Source: Candidatus Dormiibacterota bacterium | Lineage (GTDB): Bacteria; Chloroflexota; Dormibacteria; Aeolococcales; Bog-877 | Assembly (NCBI GenBank): GCA_963804565.1 | Contig: CAWDQV010000001.1 | Coordinates: forward strand, 2,046,026-2,110,025 | DNA: 64,000 nt | Direction of reading: 5' to 3' | Shown: piece after piece, positions 8,690 through 20,877 of the stretch | Layout: each line of letters starts with the position of its first letter | Position numbering within the stretch: the first letter of the stretch is position 1 | The notes under the pieces: generated by a model | Seen by the model: only the letters and a program-made list of their open reading frames with translations | What the model was told of the DNA's origin: nothing | Database searches by the model: none | Made by a program: the position numbers and the translations under genes

Positions 8690-10035
8690 ACGGCTTCCCC
8701 GCGGCAGCAAGTGCCGCCACTCGACCGCTTCGAACCGCACCCTCCATGGTTGCCGGCCATCCGGTGCGGGTCCAGTTGCCGGCAAGCCACACCCCCTCCA
8801 GGGGGGTGCCTGGCCCGGGCCGTGCCGCTTCCGACCCGGGGAGGGCGGCGAAGGTCGCAGCCGCCTCCCGGGTGACCCGGCTGTGCAACAAGCGCGCTCT
8901 CCTGGCGGCCGGGAAGAGATCGCGACAGAGTTGCCAGAGCTCGCTCGGTGACCGTCGCTTCCCCAACCCCGATCGTCTCCTCCGCGGCCGAGAGCGAGAT
9001 CGCCGAATGGAAGACCGGCTGGCCCTCGATGGATTGCTCCTCCTCGCCCAACCTGGAGCGGTCGAACAGCCACTGGAGAGGCGAGCCAGGGGCGGCCACC
9101 ACCGGTCCAGGCAGGAAGGGCCGATCGGTGAACAGGTGGAGGTTGACGATTGGCGAGTTTGGTAGTGCGGCTGCGGCATCGACGCCGGGATCGGAGATTC
9201 CTCGGCTGCCCAGGATCCGCCTAGCCGATGCCGCCGACCCGGCCAGGACCAGTTCGTCGCATTCCAGCTCCACGCCATCCGAGCTTCTGACCAAGTGCCG
9301 GCGCGCGTTTCCCGGTTCAAGCTCGCTGGCTCGCCAGCGAAGCCTTACGTCCACCCCGAGCGAGATCAGCTGTCGGCGCGCTGGCGGGTCCAGCCACTTG
9401 GTGAGGTCGGTGGCCGGGATCCGCAGAGCCCCTGCGTCACCGGCCCCGAGCAGGCCTTCCCGAATGACGTACGCGGCCAGTCCAGCACTGCACCGATCCA
9501 GCCCGACGTTGCAGGCTGAGATCAGGAACGGCTCCCAGAGCCTGCTGATCGCCACGTCGTCCTGCCCCAGGCTATAGAGCCAGGACCGCGCCGGGACGTC
9601 GTCGAGCCGTGCTTGATCGCCGGGACCGAATGAGTGGAGTGAAGCGGCGACCGCGGCCGTCTGGACCAGCTGCCGGGTGGGCAGGCCCGGCCATCTCAGC
9701 AGAATCGGAAGTAGGTGCGCTGGTGCTGGAAGACGGGCTGCCCGCAGTCGCCGAGTGGTACCCGAACGAGGGCTGGCCACCACTAGCTCCAGCCGCTCCT
9801 GGCGCCAGGCCGGCTTCACCTGGAGGCGGCCCAGGAATCTCTCCAGCTCGGTGCAGCACCCGAGGTAGACGTGCTGGCCGGTATCGACCCGCCCGGCCAC
9901 CGGGTCGGGAACAGAGCGGCAGAGCCCTCCCAGGACTTGGGCGCGCTCGACCAGGGTGACCCTTGCCCCGCGGTCGGCGAGCTCCAATGCAGCGTTGATT
10001 CCAGCCAGGCCGCCGCCCACAACCAGAGCCTCCAC
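8664..10035 (-). pseudogene. hpnE: Hydroxysqualene dehydroxylase HpnE (FAD amine-oxidase fold), one frameshift near the C-terminus
   Basis: N-terminal VVGGGLAGINAALELADRGARVTLVE dinucleotide fold (ORF 8674..10035). The conserved C-terminus SPSELWQLCRDLFPAA...VTREAAATF...WTRTGWPATMEGAVRSG lies in the other frame (ORF 8664..9320). Junction is at ~8945-8990. Confidence 0.8.
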
Positions 10036-10053
10036 GGCGCCGTCTACCTCGAC

Positions 10054-10965
10054 TCAGCGGCCGAGGGTCGCACCGGCCCAAGCGCCCAAGGCTAGCCTCA
10101 GCTTGCGCCCTCTCCCCAGCGAGATCCGATCGGTTTGGACGTCGTAGCCTCGGGCCTCGATCTCTCCCAAGACTGCCCGGTACAGGGAGGCGAGTGCCGC
10201 CGGGCATCCGCGGGCGTCACGGTCGACCAGTGGCACGAGCTGGGTGCCCTCCGCGAAGTATCCCCTTGCCCGGCTGACCTCGAAGGCCATCAACTTGCGG
10301 TAGCCGTCAGCTCGAGGCCCTCGATTCCCGGCGAGCAGGTCGCTTGGCTGACAGCCGAACCGCTCCAGGTCCTCCGCCGGGAGATAGCAGCGCCCACGCT
10401 CGTCATCCTCCTTGAGGTCGCGAAGGATATTGGTCAGCTGCATGGCTTGGCCGAGGCGCACCGCGAGCTCCGGCACCCGGTCGTCGCGGTACTCGAAGAT
10501 CTGGGCACTCAACAGTCCGACCACCCCGGCGACCCCATAGCAGTAACGCTCCAGATCGGCCAGCGTCTTGATCTCCAGGGGCGCGCAGTCGGCGGCGCAG
10601 CCGTCAATCACCTCGTTGAGGTTGCGGGGGTCCAGGTGAAATGTCCGCGCGGCATCCCAGACCACGAGCCAGCCAGCGTCCGGTGGAGAACCGGCAAGGG
10701 TCGCACTCAACGTGCTGCGAAACTGCTCCAGATGCTCTAGGCGCTCATCGGCACTGCCTTCTCCATCGGCGATGTCGTCGGCGGCCCGGCAGAATCGGTA
10801 GACCGCGTGCAGGGCCTCCCGCTTGCGTTGGGGGAGCAGCCGGAAGGCGTAATAAAAGTTGGCCGCCGCCGAGCGGACCTCCATTGCGCAGGCCGCATGG
10901 GCGGCCCTCAGCTCTTGGTCGGTGGGAGATGAAGGCAGCGCGCCCGGCGGTGCCGAGGCGCTCAA
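10054..10965 (-). CDS. hpnD: Presqualene diphosphate synthase HpnD (squalene/phytoene synthase family)
   Basis: FYYAFRLLPQRKREALHAVYRFCRAADDIAD and NILRDLKED motifs. Overlaps hpnC by 4 nt. Confidence 0.85.
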   Translation of the reverse strand: MSASAPPGALPSSPTDQELRAAHAACAMEVRSAAANFYYAFRLLPQRKREALHAVYRFCRAADDIADGEGSADERLEHLEQFRSTLSATLAGSPPDAGWLVVWDAARTFHLDPRNLNEVIDGCAADCAPLEIKTLADLERYCYGVAGVVGLLSAQIFEYRDDRVPELAVRLGQAMQLTNILRDLKEDDERGRCYLPAEDLERFGCQPSDLLAGNRGPRADGYRKLMAFEVSRARGYFAEGTQLVPLVDRDARGCPAALASLYRAVLGEIEARGYDVQTDRISLGRGRKLRLALGAWAGATLGR

Positions 10966-11861
10966 CTGGCCCTGGGCGGCGCTGACCGCCGCCAGGCCCA
11001 GGAGGCCTGGCGCACAGCCCGTCGGCGCCGAGCGGGCGTCAGGGCAGCCTTCTCCGAAAAAACGCCGGCCCCGGCGTCAAGCACAGCTTGGGTTGCCGCC
11101 AGTCCGCAGAGCACAAAGGTCGCCATCTCCAGCCGCATCATCCCCGGAACGCGACCGACAAGTGGCCACCCGTCGACGAGCAGACGGCGAGCCCGGGCCA
11201 CTGCGTGGGTCTCAGCGGCCAGCATCCCCGGGCTGACCAAACCGCCCCACCACTCCTCGTCGCTTGCACCGTGCTCGGAGAGCACTTCCAGCGGCAGGTA
11301 CCGACGCGCTCGGGCCCGGTCGGAGGCGACATCCTGCCACATGTTGGCCAGCTGCAGCCCAGTACAGATGGAGTCGGAGTAGCCGACCCGCTCTGGGTCG
11401 TGTATTCCCTCAAGCGCCAGCACCAGTTCCCCGACTGGCGTGGCCGAGAGGGTGCAGTAGTGATCCAGCTCGGCCCAGCTCTGGTAGCGGGTAATTGTCT
11501 GATCCTGCAGATTGGCCTCGATGAGTCGGCGAAACGGGCCCGGATCCAGCTCGAAGCGCTGGATCACCGGCCGGAGCCGCTGGAAGACGGGATGATTCGG
11601 CACTCCTGAGTAACAGGCCTCCAGCTCCTCGCGGGCCAGCTCCAAGAGCGCCTTGGGGTCGCCAAGGCCCTCGTCGCCGAGGTCATCGACCAGCCGGCAG
11701 AAGCCATAGATGGCCCCTCGGGCCTCCCTGCGCCGAGGTCGCAAAAGCCAAGCCGCTATGGGGAAATTCTCGACTTGGCGGGCCTGTTGCTGGCGCTGGC
11801 GGGAGTACTCCGGCAGGGCTAGAGCGGGGCTGGTGGCAGCCACCGTCGAGCTGGTCCTCAC
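10962..11861 (-). CDS. hpnC: Hydroxysqualene synthase HpnC (squalene/phytoene synthase family)
   Basis: ENFPIAAWLLRPRRREARGAIYGFCRLVDDLGDE and QLANMWQDVASD motifs. Sits between shc and hpnD. Confidence 0.85.
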   Translation of the reverse strand: MRTSSTVAATSPALALPEYSRQRQQQARQVENFPIAAWLLRPRRREARGAIYGFCRLVDDLGDEGLGDPKALLELAREELEACYSGVPNHPVFQRLRPVIQRFELDPGPFRRLIEANLQDQTITRYQSWAELDHYCTLSATPVGELVLALEGIHDPERVGYSDSICTGLQLANMWQDVASDRARARRYLPLEVLSEHGASDEEWWGGLVSPGMLAAETHAVARARRLLVDGWPLVGRVPGMMRLEMATFVLCGLAATQAVLDAGAGVFSEKAALTPARRRRAVRQASWAWRRSAPPRAS

Positions 11862-13837
11862 CGCTCTCCGGCCACCGTTGCCGGTTGAGATCGGAGCGCC
11901 CGGCCCAGTGCCATCACCGGGAAGATGGTTGCGTAAAGGTGATACCGGAGGTAGAAGGCTCTGGGGAAGCCGGTGCCGGTGAACTGCCGATCGGTCCAGC
12001 CGCCCTCGCTCTCCTGATGACGGAGCAGCCAGCTGACCGCCGACTCGGTCGCCCGGGTCAGGACACCCTCAGGGTCCAGCTCCGATGCAGATTCGCCGGC
12101 AGACAGTAGGGCCAGCAGTGCCCAGGCGGTCTGGGAAGGCGTGGGTTCGCCCCGCCCTACGTGGGACCGGTCGTGGTACGAAAGCACCGACTCGCCGAAG
12201 CCGCCCGAGGCATGCTGGTTGAGCCGAACCCACTCCCCAATCCGTAGCAATCGCTCTCGGTCCTGCGGCTCGTCGGCGGCGGCGTAGGCGGTTGCCGCCG
12301 CGGCGTCCCCATACACGTAGTTCACACCCCAGCGCCCGTAGTAGGCGCCAACTCCCTCCTCGGAGGCTCGCAACCACTGCAGGGCTCGCTGGCGGGCGGG
12401 TTGTAGGTCGGCCCCGCCCAACCGAGCAAATGCTTCCACCACATGGGCGGTCACGTCCGGGCTGGGCCGGTCCAGCATCTCGCCGAAGTCGGCGATGGGC
12501 AGATGCTCCACCCAGCTACGGTCGTTGTCGACGTCAAAGGCTCCATAGCCGCCGCCTGACCCCTGCATGAGCAGCAGCCAGGCCAGAGCACGCCGCATGG
12601 CCTCGCCGACCGCTGACTGCTCATAGCGGTCGTGGCCCGCCACGGTCAGGGCGGAGAGGACCACCGCGGTGTCGTCGGTGTCTGGGTACTGATCGTTGTA
12701 GAACTCAAACGGCCAACCGCCAGGAGGAGCCCCCGGGCGGTGCACCGCCCAGTCGCCGATCTTGGTGACCTCTCGGTCTAGCAGCCAATCGATCGCTCTG
12801 ACCAGCGCCTCGTGGTCAGGAGGGACACCGGCGTCGAGCAGGGCCCAAACGGCGAGAGCCGTATCCCACACGGGGGAGACACAAGCCTGCAGCCGGAATC
12901 CATGCTCGTCCTCGACACCGAATGTTTCCAGCGCCTCCAGCCCGCGCTTCATCACCGGGTGCTCCAGGCTGTAGCCACGGGCCCGAAGCGCCATTAGCCC
13001 ATAGACCCAGGGAGGCTGAATGCCAGCCCAGGACCCGTCAGCTTCCTGGTGCTCCAATATCCAGCGCTCGGCCCGGTCCAGTGCCCTCTGGCGGAGCAAC
13101 ACCTGGGGCAGGCGCCCGTAGACGCGCAGGGCGCGATCCACCACTTTCCATGTCGGAGCGCCCGCCCCTGGTCGTCGAGGGCCGAGCGGCAATTCGTCCC
13201 TGGTCGGAGACCCGAGCGGGAAGACCGTTCGCAGGCTTCGCAATATGGTCAGCGGGACCGTCGTGGCCCTCGCCCACGAGGCGAGATCGTAGATGCTTCC
13301 CAGCTGCTGCGGAGGGATCAGGATCCACTCCGGAGGGATGGCCGGGATCTCATGCCAGGGCCAGATGCCGCCCAGGGCCAGCCACATGCGGGTGAAGAGC
13401 CGGGTGGCGCGGAATCCTCCAAGTGCCTCGACGAACCGCCACGCCTTTTGCACCTGGGGATCGGTGCTTGGCACTCCTGCCGCCCGCAACGCCACCAGCA
13501 CCTCGGCGGTGATGCTGATGTCCCCTTCCAACTCCGGGGCCATGCTGTAGCCACCGTCGTCACGCTGCTGGCGCCGGAGATACTGGACCACCGCCGCCTC
13601 GCGCGCCGGGTCGGCCCGTCCCAGGAAGCGCTGGAGCAACAGGTACTCGGCGGTGATCGACGCGTTGCTCTCCAGCTCCCCCGACCAAGAGCCGTCCGGA
13701 CGCTGGCGCCGGAGCAGTTGAGCCACCGCCCGGCCCAGTGCATGCTCTACCTCAGTTCGCGCTGGCGACGGGGATACGGCCCCTTGGGCCAGCTCCGGCT
13801 CCACCTCTAGGGTCAATTCCAGCGCTCCCCCAGCCAC
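11858..13837 (-). CDS. shc: Squalene-hopene cyclase
   Basis: Repeated QW motifs (QRPDGSW, QQRDDGGY, QEADGSW, QHASGGF, QESEGGW) and the DTDDTA catalytic motif. Start placed at GTG 13835-13837. The track ORF extends to 14020 but overlaps the upstream gene. Confidence 0.9.
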   Translation of the reverse strand: MAGGALELTLEVEPELAQGAVSPSPARTEVEHALGRAVAQLLRRQRPDGSWSGELESNASITAEYLLLQRFLGRADPAREAAVVQYLRRQQRDDGGYSMAPELEGDISITAEVLVALRAAGVPSTDPQVQKAWRFVEALGGFRATRLFTRMWLALGGIWPWHEIPAIPPEWILIPPQQLGSIYDLASWARATTVPLTILRSLRTVFPLGSPTRDELPLGPRRPGAGAPTWKVVDRALRVYGRLPQVLLRQRALDRAERWILEHQEADGSWAGIQPPWVYGLMALRARGYSLEHPVMKRGLEALETFGVEDEHGFRLQACVSPVWDTALAVWALLDAGVPPDHEALVRAIDWLLDREVTKIGDWAVHRPGAPPGGWPFEFYNDQYPDTDDTAVVLSALTVAGHDRYEQSAVGEAMRRALAWLLLMQGSGGGYGAFDVDNDRSWVEHLPIADFGEMLDRPSPDVTAHVVEAFARLGGADLQPARQRALQWLRASEEGVGAYYGRWGVNYVYGDAAAATAYAAADEPQDRERLLRIGEWVRLNQHASGGFGESVLSYHDRSHVGRGEPTPSQTAWALLALLSAGESASELDPEGVLTRATESAVSWLLRHQESEGGWTDRQFTGTGFPRAFYLRYHLYATIFPVMALGRALRSQPATVAGER

Positions 13838-14862
13838 CGTCCCAGGATCTCGAGTTCCATCGCCCCCTCCTCTGAAAGGGGGAGCTTGGCCGCGGCCACC
13901 AGGGCCCGCTCGGTCCAGGTCGTGGTCAGGCCCTGGCAGCGCTCGGCCACCCCGCAATCTCGGAGCATCTCCACCGCCGACCCGAGGTCGCGGCGGCGCA
14001 GACCTGGTGGTGCGAGCCACGAACGTGCAACCTTGCCGACCTCGCCATTGCCGGTCAGCGCAAGCACCATGGGAAGTCCCTGCTTTCCGCGGAGCAGGTC
14101 ATTTCCGACCGGTTTACCCGTCTCGGCGGTATCGCCGAACACCCCCAATACATCATCCCTCAGCTGGAACGCGACCCCCAGGGTTCGACCGAAGCTCTCA
14201 CAGGCGTCGACGGTGGCTGCCGAGGCGCCTGCGGCGACCGCGCCCAGTGCCGCGGCTGCACCCATCAGTGCGCCCGTCTTGCGCAGCACCATGGCCAGGT
14301 ACTGGGGCAGGTCGGCGGGGGGAGCGCCGGTGGCCGCGATGTCGGCCTGCTGACCTCCCACCATCTCCATGGTCGCCGCGCTCAGCCGACGACTGCTCCT
14401 GGTGCTCGTGCGAGAGGGCAGGTCGGCGGTGGAGATCTCGCAGAAGGCCGCTGTCAGCAATGCGTCGCCGGTATTGAGCGCGGTCGCAGTGCCGTCCCTG
14501 ACCCAAAGGGCTGGCTGGCCTCGCCGGGAGCGGTCCCCGTCGACGATGTCGTCGTGGAGTAGCGAGAAATCGTGCACCAGTTGCACCGCCACCGCCAGTG
14601 GCAGCGCGACTTCGGCAGTCGCACCCATGGCGTCGGCCAGAAGCAGCGTCAACGCGGGTCTTAGGGCCTTGCCCGGACGCGCGCCCGGCAGAAGGCCAAG
14701 GTGGTACGCCGCAGGCTCGTGGATCTCGGACGGCAGGGTGCTCACCACCCGGGTCAGTTCCCCGACGATCTGCTCCTGGTACCCGTTGAGAATCGCCTGC
14801 GCACCCTGCGCCAGTGTCCCGGAGCGGCCGCTCCGGGCCAGCTCGGCTCTATCAGAGATCAC
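13813..14862 (-). CDS. Polyprenyl diphosphate synthase (FPP/GGPP synthase family)
   Basis: First and second Asp-rich motifs (LLHDDIVDGD, FQLRDDVLGVFGD). Start set at GTG 14860-14862, overlapping the ispH stop. Confidence 0.85.
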   Translation of the reverse strand: MISDRAELARSGRSGTLAQGAQAILNGYQEQIVGELTRVVSTLPSEIHEPAAYHLGLLPGARPGKALRPALTLLLADAMGATAEVALPLAVAVQLVHDFSLLHDDIVDGDRSRRGQPALWVRDGTATALNTGDALLTAAFCEISTADLPSRTSTRSSRRLSAATMEMVGGQQADIAATGAPPADLPQYLAMVLRKTGALMGAAAALGAVAAGASAATVDACESFGRTLGVAFQLRDDVLGVFGDTAETGKPVGNDLLRGKQGLPMVLALTGNGEVGKVARSWLAPPGLRRRDLGSAVEMLRDCGVAERCQGLTTTWTERALVAAAKLPLSEEGAMELEILGRWLGERWN

Positions 14863-15694
14863 GGCACGCCGCTTCCACTTCGTCCACCACCCAGCCCGGA
14901 GTAGAGGTCCCGGAGGTGATCCCAACCAGTTGCCCGGGCTGGAACCAGCTGGGCAGGATCTCCGACGCCGACTCGACATGGAAGGTGGGACGGCGCTCGG
15001 AGCATGTTTCGGCTAGCGCCCTAGTGTTGGCGGACCCCCGACCTCCGACCACCAGCACCACGTCGGCCTCGTCCAGCAGCTGGTTGACAGCTTCCCGATG
15101 GCGCTGGTTGACGACAGGGCAGGTGGTGTCGCGCACCTCGACCTCGCCGCTGTGCAATCGCAGTTTGGCCAAGATCTCTTGGAACCGAGCCTGGGGGAAA
15201 GTGCTCTGACAGACCACTCCCCGACGTTTCCGCCACGGAAGCTGGTCTGCCTCCGCCTCGGTGGACACCGTGACCACCTCCGAGCCGGGGATCTCGGCGG
15301 CCCAGCCGACCACGCCCTTGACCTCCGCGTGCCTGGCGTCCCCAACGACCACTACGGGAAGCCCGCTCTCGGCGAGCTGGACCGCGTGGTTCTGCACCCG
15401 TCGGACCAGCGGGCAGGTGGTATCCACAACGGTGAGGTCCCGGAGCCTGGCCTCCTCGAAAAGCTGAGGGGTCGCTCCATGGGCGGTGATCACCACCTGA
15501 GGGCCACCCGCCTCCGGCAGCTGGACCGCCCGACCGAGCCCTCGGCTCTCCAGCGCCTCAAGGGCTCTCGCGTTGTGCACCACCTGGCCCAGGGCGACGG
15601 TCTCGGCGTCTGGGCGAAGCGCTTCCGACGTCATCTGCAGGGCGTCACGGACCCCAAAGCAGAAGCCGGTATGCCGGGGGCGTAAGGTGTTCAC
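14852..15694 (-). CDS. ispH: 4-hydroxy-3-methylbut-2-enyl diphosphate reductase
   Basis: GFCFGVRDA, TTCPLV and DTTCPVV cysteine motifs. GTG 15692-15694 is preceded by GGGAGAGGG. The track ORF start at 15739 is also possible. Confidence 0.85.
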   Translation of the reverse strand: MNTLRPRHTGFCFGVRDALQMTSEALRPDAETVALGQVVHNARALEALESRGLGRAVQLPEAGGPQVVITAHGATPQLFEEARLRDLTVVDTTCPLVRRVQNHAVQLAESGLPVVVVGDARHAEVKGVVGWAAEIPGSEVVTVSTEAEADQLPWRKRRGVVCQSTFPQARFQEILAKLRLHSGEVEVRDTTCPVVNQRHREAVNQLLDEADVVLVVGGRGSANTRALAETCSERRPTFHVESASEILPSWFQPGQLVGITSGTSTPGWVVDEVEAACRDL

Positions 15695-15871
15695 TCGCTG
15701 CCCTCTCCCAAGCGGCGGTCCGTTAACGGACCTTAACAATCCTCCCGTCGTGACCGTACTCGCGGCCGATCTCAGCCCTCGTTATGAGATCTGGTCCAAA
15801 TCTTACCTGACTGTTATGTTCCCATCATTAACTAGGTAAGGTCGCCCAGCGCTCCGGGCCGTGTCGCTACC

Positions 15872-15883
15872 GCTAACGTTAGC
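15872..15883. promoter_or_regulatory. Perfect 12-nt palindrome GCTAACGTTAGC, 4 nt upstream of the dehydrogenase start
   Basis: Read directly from the sequence. It lies in the lower-GC divergent ispH/ADH intergenic region. Function unknown. Confidence 0.3.
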
Positions 15884-15886
15884 CCC

Positions 15887-17134
15887 GTGCGTGCGCTGGT
15901 GTTCGATCCCGCTGCCCACCGCTTGCCGCTGGCCGGGGTTGCCTCCCGCATCCGTTCTGAGTGGGCTCTCGGGCGCCTGTCTCTGCTTTCCCTCCAGGAG
16001 CTGGCCCAGCCGGCTGCGCCAGCGCCGAATTGGGTGAGGTTGCGCGTTCTTTGGGCAGGTATCTGTGGCAGCGATGTCAAGGAGGTACTGCTTCAGGCGG
16101 CTTCCGATAACCCGCTCAGCGGACTGGTGTCCTTTCCCCACGTGCCCGGACACGAGGTGGTCGCGCAGGTCGAGGAGCCGGGATCGAGCTCTCCGCTCCG
16201 CCCAGGCCAGTTGGTGGCTCTCGATCCGTGGGTTGGCTGTGTGGCCAGGGGGAGGGCGAAACTCTGCCCAGCTTGCGCCAGCGGGTTCCCTCCCCACTGT
16301 TGGTGCCAGCCGGACGGCGGCCCTTGGGGAAGCGGGCGCGGCCTCCATCTGGGCAACATCCGGGGGCTCCCTGGCGGATTCGCCGAGGTAATCCATGCCC
16401 ACCCCAGCCAGTGCCACGTCCTCCCCGACGGCCTTGAGCCACGGGTCGCGGTCCTGGCCGATCCGCTGGCGGTCGGGCTGCACGCGGTAGAGCGAGTTGG
16501 CGGAGAGCCGCAGGGACCGATCCTGGTGCTCGGAGCTGGGACCATCGGGCTGGGGCTGGCCCTGGCCGCACGGTCCAGGTGGCCCGACCTGCCGGTGTGG
16601 GTCACCGCCGCCTGGGCCCATCAGCGCGGGCTCATCTCCCAACTGGGAGCCGAGCCGCTCCCGATTGCGCCGACCAAGGTGACCCTCGAGGTGGCGCGCC
16701 GGACCGGAGCAAGGCTGGTACGGCCTTGGCGAGGCGGTCCCTGGGCTCTCGGGGCAGGGGCCTCACTGGTGTTTGACTCGATCGGAAGCAGTGCCACCGC
16801 AGAGCTGGCGCTGCGCTGCCTGGCCCCGAGGGGACGTATCGTGGTGGTCGGGGTAGCCAAGCCGGCGCGAACCGAGAACACTCTTGGGTACTACAAGGAG
16901 GCGGAGATCATCGGCTCCAATGGATACGGGCGCAGCCGCGACCGATCTGGCCCGCCACACCTGCTGGACCGCTCGCTGCAGGTACTCGCTGAACGTCGAG
17001 ACCTGCTCAGCCACTGGTGCACGCACAGTCTTTCCCTAAGCCAGTTCCGCGAGGCCTTCGCGCTTGCGGCAAATCCCGGGCGGGGGGCGGCCATCAAGGT
17101 CAGCCTGAAGATCGCTGAGGAGGCACGAGGGTGA
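15887..17134 (+). CDS. Zinc-dependent alcohol dehydrogenase (MDR) family protein
   Basis: GICGSDV, PHVPGHEVV and LVLGAGTIGL motifs. Confidence 0.7.
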   Translation: MRALVFDPAAHRLPLAGVASRIRSEWALGRLSLLSLQELAQPAAPAPNWVRLRVLWAGICGSDVKEVLLQAASDNPLSGLVSFPHVPGHEVVAQVEEPGSSSPLRPGQLVALDPWVGCVARGRAKLCPACASGFPPHCWCQPDGGPWGSGRGLHLGNIRGLPGGFAEVIHAHPSQCHVLPDGLEPRVAVLADPLAVGLHAVERVGGEPQGPILVLGAGTIGLGLALAARSRWPDLPVWVTAAWAHQRGLISQLGAEPLPIAPTKVTLEVARRTGARLVRPWRGGPWALGAGASLVFDSIGSSATAELALRCLAPRGRIVVVGVAKPARTENTLGYYKEAEIIGSNGYGRSRDRSGPPHLLDRSLQVLAERRDLLSHWCTHSLSLSQFREAFALAANPGRGAAIKVSLKIAEEARG

Positions 17135-17577
17135 TGATCGCCCGGGCCAGCGTGCTGGTTGGCGCCCCCATCGAGGTGGTCCGTGCAGCCGTCCTCGACC
17201 CCACCGCCTACACCTACGGTGACACCAAAGTCCAGGACATGGAGGTGGAGTCACGAGGCGACAACGAGCTGGTGGCTCGTATCAACGGACACCTGGGTCC
17301 GTTCAAGTCCTTCATCAGGGCCCGATACACCCTGCACGACGACCACGTTGACCTGACCATGCTTCAGGGCCGACTGCGGAACTTCCACGCCGTCTTCCTC
17401 TTTGAAGTACAAGAGGGGGGGGTGCTGCTGACTCACCAGGAGGAATACGACTTCGGCTATCCGGTGATCACGCCGCTGCTGGAGCGTCTTCTTCAGGGGT
17501 GGGCGACCCGGAGCGTGGTGGCCGAGGTCAACTCCCTCAAGCTCGCCGCAGAGGCCAGGGTCCCAGCCGCCGCCTGA
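17131..17577 (+). CDS. SRPBCC (polyketide cyclase/START-like) family protein
   Basis: 148 aa with an N-terminal IARASVLVGAPIEVVRAAVLDP pattern typical of the SRPBCC fold. Overlaps the ADH stop. Confidence 0.55.
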   Translation: MMIARASVLVGAPIEVVRAAVLDPTAYTYGDTKVQDMEVESRGDNELVARINGHLGPFKSFIRARYTLHDDHVDLTMLQGRLRNFHAVFLFEVQEGGVLLTHQEEYDFGYPVITPLLERLLQGWATRSVVAEVNSLKLAAEARVPAAA

Positions 17578-17661
17578 GATCAGGTTTGGCCGCCTCAACT
17601 GGGGGGCACACTCGACTGTGCTTGGCAGTGCCAAGCTCCCCCGTGACCCTGGAGAGAAACC

Positions 17662-20244
<2,583 letters not shown>

Positions 20245-20257
20245 GGTCCCCGGGCGC

Positions 20258-20857
20258 TCAGCCGGGAGGCGCCAGCCTGGACAACAGGTCGTTGACGATC
20301 GATCCAGTCGCGCCCCAGACGAAATGCTCCAGGTGGAGGTAGCCGGGCACCCGAAAGTTGCCCTCGGGGAGGTTCATCTCGCGCTGCACCCGTGGTGCGG
20401 GGACTCCACCGGGCAGAAGTGGGAACCAGAAGTAGGAAGCGACCTCATCGGAAGCCGCCAGGAGCTGCAGCGGCTGCCGTGACAGGCCAACGAAGGGTGT
20501 GATCACGTAGCCCGAGTTCCAAGTAGGGACCACGCTGGCCGCGCCCCGTAGGTCGACCGCGTCTGGGGGCACCGCCAGTTCCTCGTTCGCCTCCCGCAGT
20601 GCGGTGCGCCAGAGCGGGCCGTCCCCAGGTGAGGGGCTCCCGCCCGGCAGGCCGATCTGCCCAGGGTGAGACCGCAGCGACGAGCTGCGTACCAGGAGCA
20701 GGACGGGCAGCTCAAGCCGGGTGGGATCGATCAGGGCTAGTACCGCGGCTGGCCGCAGCGAGCTTTGCACTGGACCGCGCGCCTGTCGGTCTAGCGGATC
20801 GAGGCTCTCCAGGAGCCGACTCAATTCAACTGCGGACGGCCAGGCGGCCGAGTCCAA
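20258..20857 (-). CDS. Nudix hydrolase, CoA pyrophosphatase-like
   Basis: [20 protein letters not shown] followed by Nudix box ...[13 protein letters not shown]. Confidence 0.7.
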   Translation of the reverse strand: MDSAAWPSAVELSRLLESLDPLDRQARGPVQSSLRPAAVLALIDPTRLELPVLLLVRSSSLRSHPGQIGLPGGSPSPGDGPLWRTALREANEELAVPPDAVDLRGAASVVPTWNSGYVITPFVGLSRQPLQLLAASDEVASYFWFPLLPGGVPAPRVQREMNLPEGNFRVPGYLHLEHFVWGATGSIVNDLLSRLAPPG

Positions 20858-20877
20858 CCCTGGACCGGGAGGCTGGC

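Noticed and set aside
13838-14020. 61-aa N-terminal extension of squalene-hopene cyclase given by the track ORF
   Set aside because: The extension overlaps the polyprenyl synthase gene by ~200 nt and is Arg/Gly/Pro-rich. GTG 13837 near the upstream stop gives a normal-length cyclase.
17578-17661. CIRCE or HAIR heat-shock operator upstream of lon
   Set aside because: Only a short 7-bp hairpin (17620-17636) and a lone CTTGAGC half-site are present. There is no full TTAGCACTC-N9-GAGTGCTAA or CTTGAGT-N7-ACTCAAG element.
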